Below, piece after piece: positions 24,750 to 36,985 of a DNA stretch of 44,167 nucleotides. The notes under the pieces are model-generated. The model worked only from the letters and a program-made list of their open reading frames with translations, was not told where the DNA came from and ran no database searches. The stretch spans positions 1-44,167 of the forward strand of contig JALJEE010000076.1 of NCBI GenBank assembly GCA_023231475.1, read 5' to 3'. The position numbers and the translations under genes were made by a program. Numbering within the stretch: the first letter of the stretch is position 1; each line of letters starts with the position of its first letter. Origin of the DNA: Seison nebaliae. Lineage: Eukaryota.

Positions 24750-27700
24750 TTATTGATTGATGAGATGAGTGAGGAATTGAAAGAATTGAGGAATGTCTGT
24801 CGAACAATCCATCGCTTTCAAATAAGTTTCGTGTGACGAAATTGTTTTCTCAATTACCTCTAAACTTTCTTCACTATTCAATTTGGTGAATTGAGAATGA
24901 GTTTTTATCATTCGATCAATATATTCTCCTATCGACCATTTCATAGTGGTGTGTGGAGATTTGAAAGTGGAAGGTAAATAACTGAAGAGATGTAAAGCGA
25001 ATAAATGTTTAGGAATGACTCGTAATTTCTTTTTCCGATAATGATTATTATTATTTTTCATTTTTTCATAATAATTCATAAACAATTCTAATTGTTTCTT
25101 TTGTGTGAGATGAATTTGAAAATTTGAAGTATATTCCTTCTCGAAAATCGGATAGAAAACAACTGTTAATTCAGATAAATTATCTAATAAATCACCAATT
25201 GAATAATTGTCGATGAATGATTGTAGAACGATGGACATGTCATCGACATGTGGCGCTAACATACCCAAATTAACAAGTCGTTCATGAACCAAATTAGCGA
25301 TACATTGTTTCAACATTTCACCATCTTTATATAATTGGAATTTTAAAGGAAGTGTAATTGGTCGATACATGGCTACATGAAATGTCCATTGAATAATTAT
25401 ATATCGTACAAATGGAACTGTCAATTCCATCACCAAATCATTAGAGGAATATAACGAGAGATAAGTAGAACGAAGACGAACAATTAAATTCCTTATTTCT
25501 ACCATATATTCTGAGAGTGAATCGTCGTTCATATTTTTTATGATCTCCTCTTTTTCGTCATTAATCTTCGACGGAATATCCATCGTCTCATATGAATCTT
25601 TTCCATTTTTTAAATATGAAATGAAATTATCAAATTGTTTCTTTCCTTCATTGAAAATCCAATTTATTTGACTCTTCCCCAATTTCTTCAAATCTTCCAT
25701 CTTCTCTACTAATCTCAAATGATTCGTTTCCGTCATCTCTCCAAAATCATTCATCACATATGTCAATTTCTTATGGAAATAAATCGTATTATTCACCACT
25801 TCACTAATCAGTCGTTGTACATCACTTGGCGATTGATGAATATTGATCGTTTCTCTCTCATTCTCTAACAACTTCTTCCCTTCCTTATAATAAATGTCGA
25901 TGGCTTCTATGACGTTCGTCACAACCATCGATTGAACGGAAACATTCACCATCGAACCGCCAATTTCACTGAAAAAACAAAAATTATTTTTTTCCCTAAA
26001 AAAATTTTCTTGAAACTTGACGATTATTTGAATGATATTCTGAATGTCAGATTTGGTAGGGATGATTCTTAAATTGTTCTTGTTCTGGAAATTACTCGCC
26101 GTACAGAACATCATTTTGATCGGTTCCGTTAACTTTTTTCTCGATAATTCCTTGTATTCATCTTCGAAATTTTTAAAAATTAATTCAAACAATTTTTCGA
26201 TATCACTGAAATTAGAGAGTAATCACATGGAAATTCTTCAAAAGACAAAAATCACTTTGAAATCGAATGTTTAATGATGAGATTGGTAATGAATTGATTC
26301 ATGAGCGTCAAAAGTCGAGGATAATCTTCAATTAAAATTTTGTTGATAAAAACATTTTTCCGTTTGACTAGAACATCATGGAATGTAAGAATTAACGTTC
26401 CCACAAATGTACTTGTCATTCTGAGGAAAACATCTTCTTTTCTTTCCATTCTCCTCAAATTTACACATTCATCCTAAAAATCATAAATAATAAAAGGTAA
26501 AAATGGTAAAAATTTTCGTCATTTTCATGATAATGAGGGAAACTTCTAAACAAATTTTCCCAAATGATTCTCCATTCCGAATATTTCTTCCGTCCATTAA
26601 AATCTCATCTAATAATTTCACCTGTTCAAATGGAAATGATTCGAAACAATTCTAAAAATAGAGAACTTTTGAAATGAGGAAATCGAACTCATTCGATAAA
26701 TCTAAAAGATTACTCCAAATTATTCGAGTATCATTCGTTCCATATTTATCTTTGGTCGTCGATTGGAATGAGAACGAATGTTTTATCAGACTTTTCAAAT
26801 CTTTCTCCATTGATTCATATTCTATTTCGATTGTATTCGATAACTTCCCGATATTACTTCCAATCATAAATGCAGTTGTCATTTTCGAACGACTCTATTG
26901 TAGAATGGGAGGAAATTTCTATTAATTATCTATTATTAACTATTCTAACTAATGAGGCGATGGATTGATTGAATAAATTTTTAAATTGCTCTTTCAAATA
27001 ACAATGAACTTGTTCACTCAATTCTTCACATTCCACAAATAAATTGATTTGTTTAATCTCTTTACAATTCATCACTTGTTCTATGAACGAAATAAAAGAA
27101 AGACGAAAAGCGACAAATAAGTCCAACTCAAATCGTACAAAAGATAAGACGTCGTGACAATATCATCATCCTTCCTCATATGTCTTTCTTTCAACGTCAA
27201 CCCAATCTGTGACATTTGTTTCAATTGATGGAGAACGAACGTCATATTCTGCAATCATTAATCATTCAGAGGAATTTTAAGATGATTTGTAAAGAGAGAT
27301 AAACTTGTAAATTTTTCAGTTTTTTACAATTCCTTTCAATATGTTCAACATGTTTTTTCAATAAATTCTTCTTCCTAAAATTACAAATTAGAAAAAACCA
27401 ATATTGAGAATGAGAACTGAATTAATGGATTTCTCAATTCCGTCAATTGTAATTTGATGGAATGTAACGACGTTTCCAGATCATCGATATTCGTCACTTG
27501 TTCCAACAAATATTGATGTTTAGACGTTATCTAAATCCAATGAAGAAAATTTATTAAAATAATCATCAACTTGTCCTTTCAATAACATATCAACAGTGAT
27601 ATGTGCATCCGACAGAATGGACAACTGTTCTCCCACACTCTTGCCCTTCAATCCCACCATGGGATAATCATCAATCGTATAATCATCTTTTTCAAACAAC

Positions 27701-27790
27701 TGTTGTAGATCTTCTCATGAAGAAACAATATGAAATTTGTTGTTGTAAAAAAAAAATAAAACTTTCAATTTTCGTATCTGCAATTTCCAT
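24750..27790 (-). CDS. COG5: Conserved oligomeric Golgi complex subunit 5 (11 exons)
   Basis: N-terminal EQLSIL..HQYLLEQVTNIDDLE, IEDYPRLL, SEYMVEIRNLIVRL, FHVAMYRPI and HLFSYLPSTFKSPH..KWS match COG5 motifs. Frame-preserving introns lie at 27714-27762, 27531-27570, 27375-27417, 27249-27304, 27081-27127, 26895-26949, 26622-26666, 26474-26543, 26206-26255 and 25969-26016. Confidence 0.85.
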
Positions 27791-29048
27791 CTGCTTGAAA
27801 GAATGAGAGAATGAGAATGACTTTGGATAAAGGAAAGAATAGTTTAATTTATCATAATATTATATAAAAATAATTTTCAATCAAATTAAAACTGTCATCA
27901 TATAAAGCCAAAAATTTGAAAATGGAAAAATTATATTTGTTCGAGATAAATTATCTAATATTAATTCGTTCCACGATTCTCATTCGTTCTCATTGACTAA
28001 CCAATGAGAATGTGAGAAACAGATTCATGTTTCTATAAAAGGACCAAATATTTCACCTGTAACATTAATCACATGTCGTTAAGTTAATTCATTTCTTTTT
28101 CAGCCAAATTCAATTTTGGGAAGAGACAAGCGATTTTCACAATTTGGGATTTAGTCGGTGAAACAGCCGTGAAGAATGTGTTTGTAGAAGGATATTAAAC
28201 CTGGAAGATTTGAATAATTCTCGTTAGCATTTCTCCATATCCTTATCATTCTTTTATTTGCACTTTATGTTCAGACATGTGGTTCAACCAAGTCACATAA
28301 GAAATTAGATTAAATGAAAATTTTTCTCTTTTTTCTCCAACTATTTTTGGATGGTCAATTGGAAATCATTCCAAAAATATTAGCACTCATTTTTCCAACA
28401 GTGAAACCAATCGGAAACATGTAGAGGAATTTGAATCTCAAATAGTTTATTTTTCAAATAAATTTCACAAAAAAATTTTTTCTTCATAAGTTCATTTTGA
28501 ACATTCATTATCGGGAGAATCCTGTTTTCATCATAGGGAAATTACATCATCATATCATAAGTCTTCCTACTTTTACAAGAAGCAACAAATTACTTTGATA
28601 GAAGGAGCGGTCGATTAATTTCTAGATTAATTTTACTTTATAGAAAGTTAGATTAAAATGAATCCATATCATGTCTAGGAGAGATAAGTGATATGTTATT
28701 CAATTATTACTTATCGTCACAGCGTGAGTTATGAAGAAAATTACACAAGTTTTATTGATAAGCTAAAAATTCGAATTGAATTATTCTCTCAATTCGATCA
28801 ACATCGAACGACAATCAATTTTTCTCGTTCATTTTTAATGGAACGATAGTACATAATATTCCCGTCTATAAGATACAGCAGAATGGTTCAATGTAGACAT
28901 CGTCGGAAGAAATGTTCTTTGCCGTGTTCTATATCTATGTCTTCATGTCAATCTGTTTGAAAGAAGAAAATAATTGTTGCAAAAAAAAAAATTAAAATTT
29001 TCAAAAATAATTTTTCTGTCAATTTTTTTTTTCGCAAGACAAAAAAAG

Positions 29049-30292
29049 ATGAGAAATATTTTAAGCTATTCCCAAAAAAATCTCAATTCACCATTACTAC
29101 CTCAATGTGAGACGAAACGAGATTTTGCCGCATTAGCCGCACCGTCGGGTAAAGTTAGCGGATTTAAAGGAATAGTTGCCGGTTAGACAATAAATTATTT
29201 AAGTTGAAATAATTTTATTGTTAAAAAAAAAAGGTGGTATCACTGGTGGAATTGAGATTTGTATTACTTATCCCACCGAGTATGTGAAGACTCTATTACA
29301 ATTGGATGAGAATCGAGGTCGTTCCGGTGGGAAACGATTGTACAATGGACCGGTGGATTGTTTAAAGAAAACTTATAACGCTCATGGATTTTTCGGTTTA
29401 TATCGAGGATTGAGTGTGCTCGTTTATGGGAGTATACCGAAAAGTGCCGTAAGATTTGGAGCATTCGAAGAATTGAAACGAAGAGCGTCAGATGAACGAG
29501 GTGTATTAACTCCCACTAAAAGATTACTTTGTGGCTTAGGTGCTGGAGTTAGGTATTAGGTATCCAATCGTTTCTTCCTAATATAATTTAAGATATCTGA
29601 AGCCATATTCGCTGTAACACCGATGGAAACGATAAAAGTGAAATTCATTCACGATCAACAAACAACGAAGAAATATCGTGGATTTTTTCACGGAGTTCGA
29701 GAGATCATGAAAATCGAAGGTGTTCGCGGTCTCTATCAAGGACTTACACCAACAATGATTAAACAAGGCTCTAATCAAGCAATCAGATTTTATGTAATGG
29801 AATCATGTAAGAGTGAATACAGGTTCCCATTATATTCAATTATTTTATAAATTTCTTTCTCTTTTTCTATAAATATCTTCTTGAAAGAAACTGTTAATAT
29901 TACTACTCCTCTTCATTCTTTAGACGATTAAATAATTTGGATGTCAATGCTGTTGTTCCATTATATGTGACTGGATTGTTTGGAGCTACAGCTGGGGCTG
30001 CTAGCGTTTTTGGTAATACGCCAATCGATGTCATCAAAACGAGAATGCAAAGTAGTGAAGCTAAATCGAAATATAAAGGCACTTTTGATTGTGCAATGAA
30101 AATCGCACAAAAAGAAGGATTACCAGCGTTTAATATTCTTCTTTTGTAAACATATCAAAATATTTTAATTATTTCTCTTTCAGATTCTATAAAGGAACAG
30201 TACCACGACTTAGTCGAGTATGTTTAGATGTAGCGATTACGTTTATGATTTATGATAAATTTATTGAATTCTTCAATAAAGTTTGGAAATGA
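29049..30292 (+). CDS. SLC25A1: Mitochondrial citrate (tricarboxylate) carrier; introns 29182-29233, 29548-29592, 29823-29923, 30128-30183
   Basis: [96 protein letters not shown]. Three PX[DE]XXK carrier repeats. Confidence 0.97.
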
Positions 30293-30755
30293 TATGTTTG
30301 TTGTGTTGGTGGTGATGAGAGAAATGATTATTTCTTTCTTCTTTGTTTTCCTTCTCATCATTTTCTTTTCATTCTAATTTCATTAAGATATCAAACCAAC
30401 TGTCATTTGTAATGAATGCTCTCACTCTTTATCAAACATTTTCTTTTTTATTATTATTATTACAAATTTTATGGATAAACAATATTTATTTATTATCGAC
30501 AATTAATTTCCTTTCTACATATATTGAATAGAATTAGAAATTTAATGACACCATTTTAATTTCCATTAAAATTTATCATTATTTCTCCTTCCAATATTGA
30601 TTTGATTGTTGATAAAAGAAATGAGAGAAAATGAGAAAAACTCAAATTTAATAATTATAATTTATTAATAAAAAAAAATTTTTATATAAAAATTAGTTAG
30701 ATAATTATCAATTAATTGGTAAATTAATTTTTGAAGGAAATTAAATTATTGAAAA

Positions 30756-30983
30756 TTAGGAACTAAATGCAGAAAAGACGACGAATGAAATAACAGCGGT
30801 AATAAATAATGTTGATAGAATGAGACAGACGACATTGGCGTAATCGAGATAAATTCCATATTTCTTAATCTCCATTCGATGTAATAAGTTCAATTGTTTT
30901 CTACATGATTCAATGTCAGAATGATTCTGTTTTCGATAGAAATGGAATTTGTAATGCTTCAAATTATTTTTTACTGTTTCCAT
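30756..30983 (-). CDS. Probable last exon of a small protein with a C-terminal transmembrane segment
   Basis: The ORF ends in hydrophobic ANVVCLILSTLFITAVISFVVFSAFSS. An AG acceptor lies just upstream (~30992). The upstream exons could not be resolved. Confidence 0.35.
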   Translation of the reverse strand: METVKNNLKHYKFHFYRKQNHSDIESCRKQLNLLHRMEIKKYGIYLDYANVVCLILSTLFITAVISFVVFSAFSS

Positions 30984-33396
30984 GAAATGAACTAGAAAAT
31001 AAAATTTCTATTAAAATTAATTTACCGTAGAAGATTAAATTAACTGATTGGGAGAAGAATTGGAAGAAATTGAATTGATTAATTTCTTTTCTAACATAAA
31101 TAAATGGGAGTATTGAACTCTTGAATTGTTTGTGAATATTCGGAACACCATCTGTTGACCTTTAGGAATAGGGGAAACTCCTCATTTTTATAATTCTGCT
31201 CTAAAACTTCTTTTTTTTTTTTGAGAATTTCTTTTAATTTAGACGAAAGAAAGAAAGAAAGAAATGAATATGTTTGACATTGAATAGTGGAATGGATCTT
31301 AAAGCAAAGAATTTTTAAGTTTCGTTAAGTCTCATTTAACAACAATTGTCGTTGTATGATAAGCAAGAGAGTCATTTATGTATAACTTCTATGGATTAGT
31401 TTTGAATAAGTTTAAAGGTTCTTCCAAGATTTTCTCTCCACAAAACTATTCACGTAATGAAAATTTTTGATTTTTGAAAGAATAAGACTTTTATTGACAC
31501 ACACTCTCTCTCTCTCTCTCATTTGATGGCACTGACATATCCATTAAACGGATATTAGTGCTCCTATTAAACTAGCATCACTTAATTTTACTCAATTAAA
31601 CTAATTCTTTTCAATAACGTCAAATAACGTAAGTGTCGGTTTAAGTCGACTATTATTCAATTTTGTTATTAATCCAACATTCCTTCAATGAATGACGTTA
31701 AATTTAGTTAGAAAGATTGACGTTTTTTTCATGAAACTTTTGTGCCTCTTCAGTTATTATGTAAATGATGTAAATTATTAATAACTCTGATTCTCTCTAA
31801 TAATTTATGGTCATAAGTAGTTAAATAAGAAATTCATTGAAGAGTTATTCACGATTCACGATAGCACCAAAAATTTCCATTCAATCAAGATATAATTAGA
31901 ATTATCAATGTGGATGACGACCATCAATGTAATTCGAGCACTTTCAATTGAATTTTTATAGAATCTCTAATAAGTCCTAAACAAAGTAAGATAGTATTAG
32001 TAGATCTTCAACGATCTTCTAATATTTGATAAAATTGTCAATTTGAATGGGAAGAAAAAATTGAAAATTAAAGAGTCTATTAAATTCATCATCGAAGAAT
32101 GTAATAGAAAATTAGAATATGTTAGAAAATTCATTAAAGTGTTTTATATGATTGATTAGTTTTGAAATTTCAAGAATTCTAAATTTTGTTGCAATTTTTA
32201 TGATTTGTCATCATCATTCTCTTCTTGTTATTAATCAATGATTGTTAAGTTCCGTTTAACGCTTACAATTTTTTTATTGTTAGATCGTATTTGCTTATAA
32301 TAAATTTTTAACTTTTTTAATTCAATTGATTTTTCATAAATTTTAAATTAAACGGGTAAAACACAACTTAGAAATAAATATAAATATGGCCATATTGTAG
32401 CCCTTAACAAATTGACCTTAGCGACGTAATATCAGATTTATGATAAAGATTATACTGTGTACAATAGATGTAGATAAAGTCCAACATCTTTACTTCGCTT
32501 AGAGAGGAATCGATTCCGATTCATGAGAGGACTCTTATCACGCCTGGATTTTTTTCCCCAAAATGTATGGAGGAATCGAGTCTTATCACTTTGGACTCAC
32601 GGATCATATTCACAGCACTAGTTTAAGCATATCCATATAATAATATAACTTTATTATATCTTCATCAGATATTTCATGTTTGCCCGATTGTGGAAATTCT
32701 TACAGTTAATTTCGATTACAGACTATTATGAGTAGTTTAACACATGATTTATTCCCAAGGATACGTTGAATGTTGTTTATCAATTTTTGATGGATGAGTC
32801 GGGTACGAGTCGTCTCTGGAACTGACCAGTTCCCAATTATCTGCACATTTTTCGCATTTGTAGTCGTGTATTGTTAAGTAAGAATGATACTTCAAATAAT
32901 TTTTAAATTCCGCAAATGTTTTTAGTTTAAACAAAAAAAATTGTTGTGGAAAAAAGAGAATTTGTGTTGAAATAAAAGATATTAGTCTAAATTCTCTAAA
33001 TATTTATATATATAACTTTTGTAGATGATTGGATGAAGTTTGTCGTCTGTTAATGAATTCCAAATTAAATGTTTCATTAGTTTAAGTAGTCTCATTGCAA
33101 ATAGCGTGCTACGTTAGAATATGAATTTGAAATTGTGGACATTAGAATGAAATTCATATCTTACACTTCGAATACTTGAATGGGTTAATTGAACGATTGT
33201 TTGGGCAGTGTTTGTATTGTAGATGTTGGTCAGGATAAGATATGTCGTTCTCATGACAACGTAGAAAATGAAAGGATTGTATGTGATATATCATGGAAAT
33301 CTTTCTCATTTTCATTTGACTTCGTATTTTCTGCTCTTACAATTTTTATGTGTTTATTCAACTATTCTTTCCTTCATCTTCTCTAACATTACATTT

Positions 33397-33423
33397 GTGT
33401 GTGTGTGTGTGTGTGTGTGTGTG
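33397..33423. repeat. (GT)n microsatellite
   Basis: About 13 GT units. Confidence 0.9.
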
Positions 33424-33603
33424 ATGGTGGTGGATTGTTGATACATTGGATATGAATTTGTTTATGAAAACTAAAATTCGATTTTGAACTGAATTTAATG
33501 GGATAGAAAATGTACAGCTTGGTCATTTGAAGAAATGTTTAGAAGTGTCGAACGATAAATATTGTGAGAGAAGGAACTGAAGAAGAAACTCTTATTCATT
33601 CCA

Positions 33604-34827
33604 ATGAAATATAAATTGTCTAATCGAAGTATCCAATCTATTTATCAACTGATAATCAATGGAGATCGAGGACGATTGGAGCGATTGATCAAAACCAAAA
33701 ATCGATTACTTAACGAGGGGGATAACGACGAATTAGATGGTAATAATAACAATGAACATCCATATGTGTCGTTGGTGAAGAAACAAGAACAAGAATTGAA
33801 TTCAGTTGAACAACGTCGAGCTTATGTGACTCAGCGAGGAAATATTTCATTAAGTTCCATTCAATTCAAGAAGGGAAAGAATGCACTAAACGTGTGTTTG
33901 GGGGTGGATGATGATGAGAAAAGGAGGAAGATTTACAATCTCCTCTCCTCATATGAAGACGATTTTTATGATATGTTAAGTCAGATGAATGTAGATGGAG
34001 AGAACGCCATTTCCCAAACCATTCGTCTCAAACGGAACGAACAATTCGACCATCTCTCTGAGATTTATTTGGGGAAACAACTCGATTTACTCCAAACAAA
34101 CAATTTCGGTGATACTTATCTTCATTTATCGATTTATGAGAATGATTTCCATTCATTCTCCCACCTCCTTCAACAATTCCGCCGTTGGCGCATTGATGTC
34201 GATATAAGTAATGAAAGGACCGGATTAACTCCATATTTGCTTGCTAAGAAACTTCAAAGGAATTCGATGGCGAAGGAACTCGTCCGTTATGGAAATGCCT
34301 ATCGTTGGCAAATAAATCGGAAGAATATGAAAACCGGAAATGATTTAAGTATAGATGGCTATCGGAATACATTGAAAAAATCGATAAATCAATTGAAACG
34401 AAAAATCGACTTCTCTAAAATGAGAGGCGATTGCCAACAAACCAAATTATTATTATATCAAATGAAAAATCTCAAAACTCGATTAAATAATCCGTTCTTC
34501 ACTGATCGCTCCATCTCCTCTGACAACATCACTAACCAGCGGATCAAAGAAGACCTTCAACTACCCAAATTATCATCATCATTCCAAATCAAATCTCATC
34601 CTAATAATACTCAACTTCAACTTCAACATATTCTCAACGAACGTTCCATACAATTATCACAATCATTCCGTCTACCTTACATACATTCGCTCGGAAAGAC
34701 TTCCGATGAGATTTTATTAGACGCCCAAAAATCTTCATCTTCCCCATCACGCGATACAAAGACATTCGGTGACAAAAGAAAACTTAATTCAAATCGTTTA
34801 TCGAAAGCCAATGTGAAAATCAAATAA
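33604..34827 (+). CDS. Ankyrin-repeat protein (intronless, 407 aa)
   Basis: Ankyrin-like units GKNALNVC, VDGENAISQTI, NNFGDTYLHLSI and ERTGLTPYLLAKKLQRNSMAKELVRYG, followed by a basic disordered tail. Confidence 0.8.
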   Translation: MKYKLSNRSIQSIYQLIINGDRGRLERLIKTKNRLLNEGDNDELDGNNNNEHPYVSLVKKQEQELNSVEQRRAYVTQRGNISLSSIQFKKGKNALNVCLGVDDDEKRRKIYNLLSSYEDDFYDMLSQMNVDGENAISQTIRLKRNEQFDHLSEIYLGKQLDLLQTNNFGDTYLHLSIYENDFHSFSHLLQQFRRWRIDVDISNERTGLTPYLLAKKLQRNSMAKELVRYGNAYRWQINRKNMKTGNDLSIDGYRNTLKKSINQLKRKIDFSKMRGDCQQTKLLLYQMKNLKTRLNNPFFTDRSISSDNITNQRIKEDLQLPKLSSSFQIKSHPNNTQLQLQHILNERSIQLSQSFRLPYIHSLGKTSDEILLDAQKSSSSPSRDTKTFGDKRKLNSNRLSKANVKIK

Positions 34828-35149
34828 ACGTTTCCTTCTCCCACCATCACCCCTTCCCATCACATCAAATTCGAGAAAAATTTTCCTTTTTTAATCATTT
34901 TCAATAAACATTAGAATATCATTTAATGGTAAAGAATTTTTTTATGTAAAATTATTTCTCAATATATAAACGAATTTTTTATGATTTCTTTATTAATTTT
35001 TTGTCAAAAATGGAAATATTTCATCAGAATATTTACATTTTGAAAACAAGAAAAAAATTTTTTTTAGCTTGGATCAATTATTAAAATCTACAGTCAGTTT
35101 GTTAAAACGATATCTAGAAAATGAACGATAACAGCCTAACAGTTTTACA

Positions 35150-36985
35150 GCGATTTATACAGCTATTTTTTGTCAGAGGACAATTTGTTAAGATTTTTCA
35201 ATTAGAATCATTGTAGTAGATGCCACATTTTGAGAGTTCAGTCTTGATCGACTCAACCACCGTATTCAAATTCTTTTGGCTATTGGTAATAGCAATCATA
35301 TCATCAGCATATACATAGACAGCTGGATAAGAATGATCTTTAATATTGAAGGAAGAAAGTGAATTGGCTGCAAGAATCACACCTTACTCAAGATCCAGGG
35401 CAATAGAATTGACCCTTGTTAATGGGAAACAGCTTCCCTAACTGATCATTTGATTACACCCAAGTAATTCATTGATATGTTTCATTGTTGATAAAGTCCT
35501 TAAAGATTGTGTTCATACCACACTTACATACAGTATTCAATATAGTAATACCTATTTCAACATCCACGGAATCAAACGCCTTTGACGCATCGATTAGACA
35601 CACGATAAGACACACGATAAATTTCACATTCAAAGAACGACAATAAGCGATTAACACCCGAAAATGTAATATTAATGGTAACTCTCTGTTAGCGAATTGT
35701 ATAGAGCAAGCATAGGGAACAGATGAATATCTGTTTAAGATGATCTTTTCGCTTAGTTTGGTCACTCCATTCAATATACAAATAGAATGAAAGGATTCGA
35801 CAGAATTATAATCTTTCTTACCAGCTTTCGGAACTGGAAGCACAAGATACGCGGAGAATAACAAGAATAACTAATGAACAGTGGACTTCATTAAGAAGAA
35901 TATTGTTGATGTAATCCAACAGTATAGTGAGAAAAGTGTTCGACATATTGGCAATGATGCCTAAGCACTGATTATCATATCTATGGGTTTTCTTGCCCAC
36001 ACCCGACGAAAGAGCGGTACGTAATTCTTCAATGGAGATAGGATGAACCAGTTTGTTATTGGAGAACTGAAAGGAATAGTTGTAGTTTTAGCGTAAAAAT
36101 ACCTCTTCTTTTAAATTTAACCTACCTTTCCCTTAAATTTACCTCTTCTTCTCTCGATTCGTTACTTAAGATTATTAGATTCTATCAATTGTTCCGATTT
36201 ACCGTTTCCGTCATTTAATCAATGTGAAATATTTTTCTCTCCTATCAACTTCTTTTGCAATTACTATTCGTTAACGGTGCCTACCGTTCTAGAAGCTGTT
36301 CGTTCTACAATTAACAACTTTCATCTCTCTTCCTTCATTCCTGATTCCTTGGCAACTCACGTGAATCAGGCGAAATCTCTCATTTTAAATAACTCTTCAG
36401 CTGAGTTATCCCGTTTCCTTTTTAATTTACCCCGTGGGGATTTGTTGTATTAATAAAAAAAAAATAGGTAAGTCAGGTAAGTCGTAGGTAAGAAATGATA
36501 TCCTTATGCTCTTTTATTTCTCTCCAAAATTTCGTGCTGTTTCCACTCTGTTCAATAGAGTGAAATTTCCTAGCAGAGATGAGTGGATCATCGAACGAAC
36601 CGGATGTCGAAACTTTTTGCGTTCATTCAACATAACCATCTTGTTTGTGGAGCATTTATGTTGATAGTAACGATATATCGCAATACTGGCGGCATTTTTA
36701 AGAGGATAAATGCTGAGGAAGTTATAAATCCTAGGATATTTCTTACCAGAGAAATTATTAGCATGATAAGATCCAGAGGAACTTAGACATCCACAAAGTT
36801 CGATGATGGAATAGAATGGCCGATTATTGATATTAGTAATAACGGGATTCATCTTCAATTTATTGCGACAGATTGGAATGTTGTTGTTGTGACAGATGAC
36901 AGAGCTAGGACCAGACAATCTTTGTTCAATATTAATATTAACTGTCCTTGTAATTGGAAAGTGATCGGAGAATATGATCGTATTA
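35150..36985 (-). mobile_element. Decayed LINE ORF2 (APE endonuclease C-terminus, linker, RT), interrupted by an insertion
   Basis: IFSDHFPI (APE SDH motif, ~36950-36975) is in frame with ORF 36514-36918. RT motifs: VLPVPKAGKKDY..SICILNGVTKLSEKIILNR, CLIDASKAFDSVD, VYADDMIAI. Multiple stops and frameshifts; boundaries approximate. Confidence 0.85.
36121..36464 (+). mobile_element. 5'-truncated poly(A)-tailed retroposed fragment nested antisense in the LINE
   Basis: A start-less open frame of 110 codons (PTFPLNLPLLLSIRYLRLLDSI...DLLY*, 36121-36453) is followed immediately by TAAAAAAAAAA. It lies between the linker and RT parts of the minus-strand LINE. Confidence 0.55.

Noticed and set aside
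26622..26700. Apparent non-canonical (GA-AG) intron in COG5
   Set aside because: A canonical 45-nt GT-AG intron (26666-26622) restores frame and homology.
32400..32934. CxxC-containing fragment (YKCEKCADNW), possible DNA-transposon relic
   Set aside because: No catalytic motif or terminal repeats recognisable.
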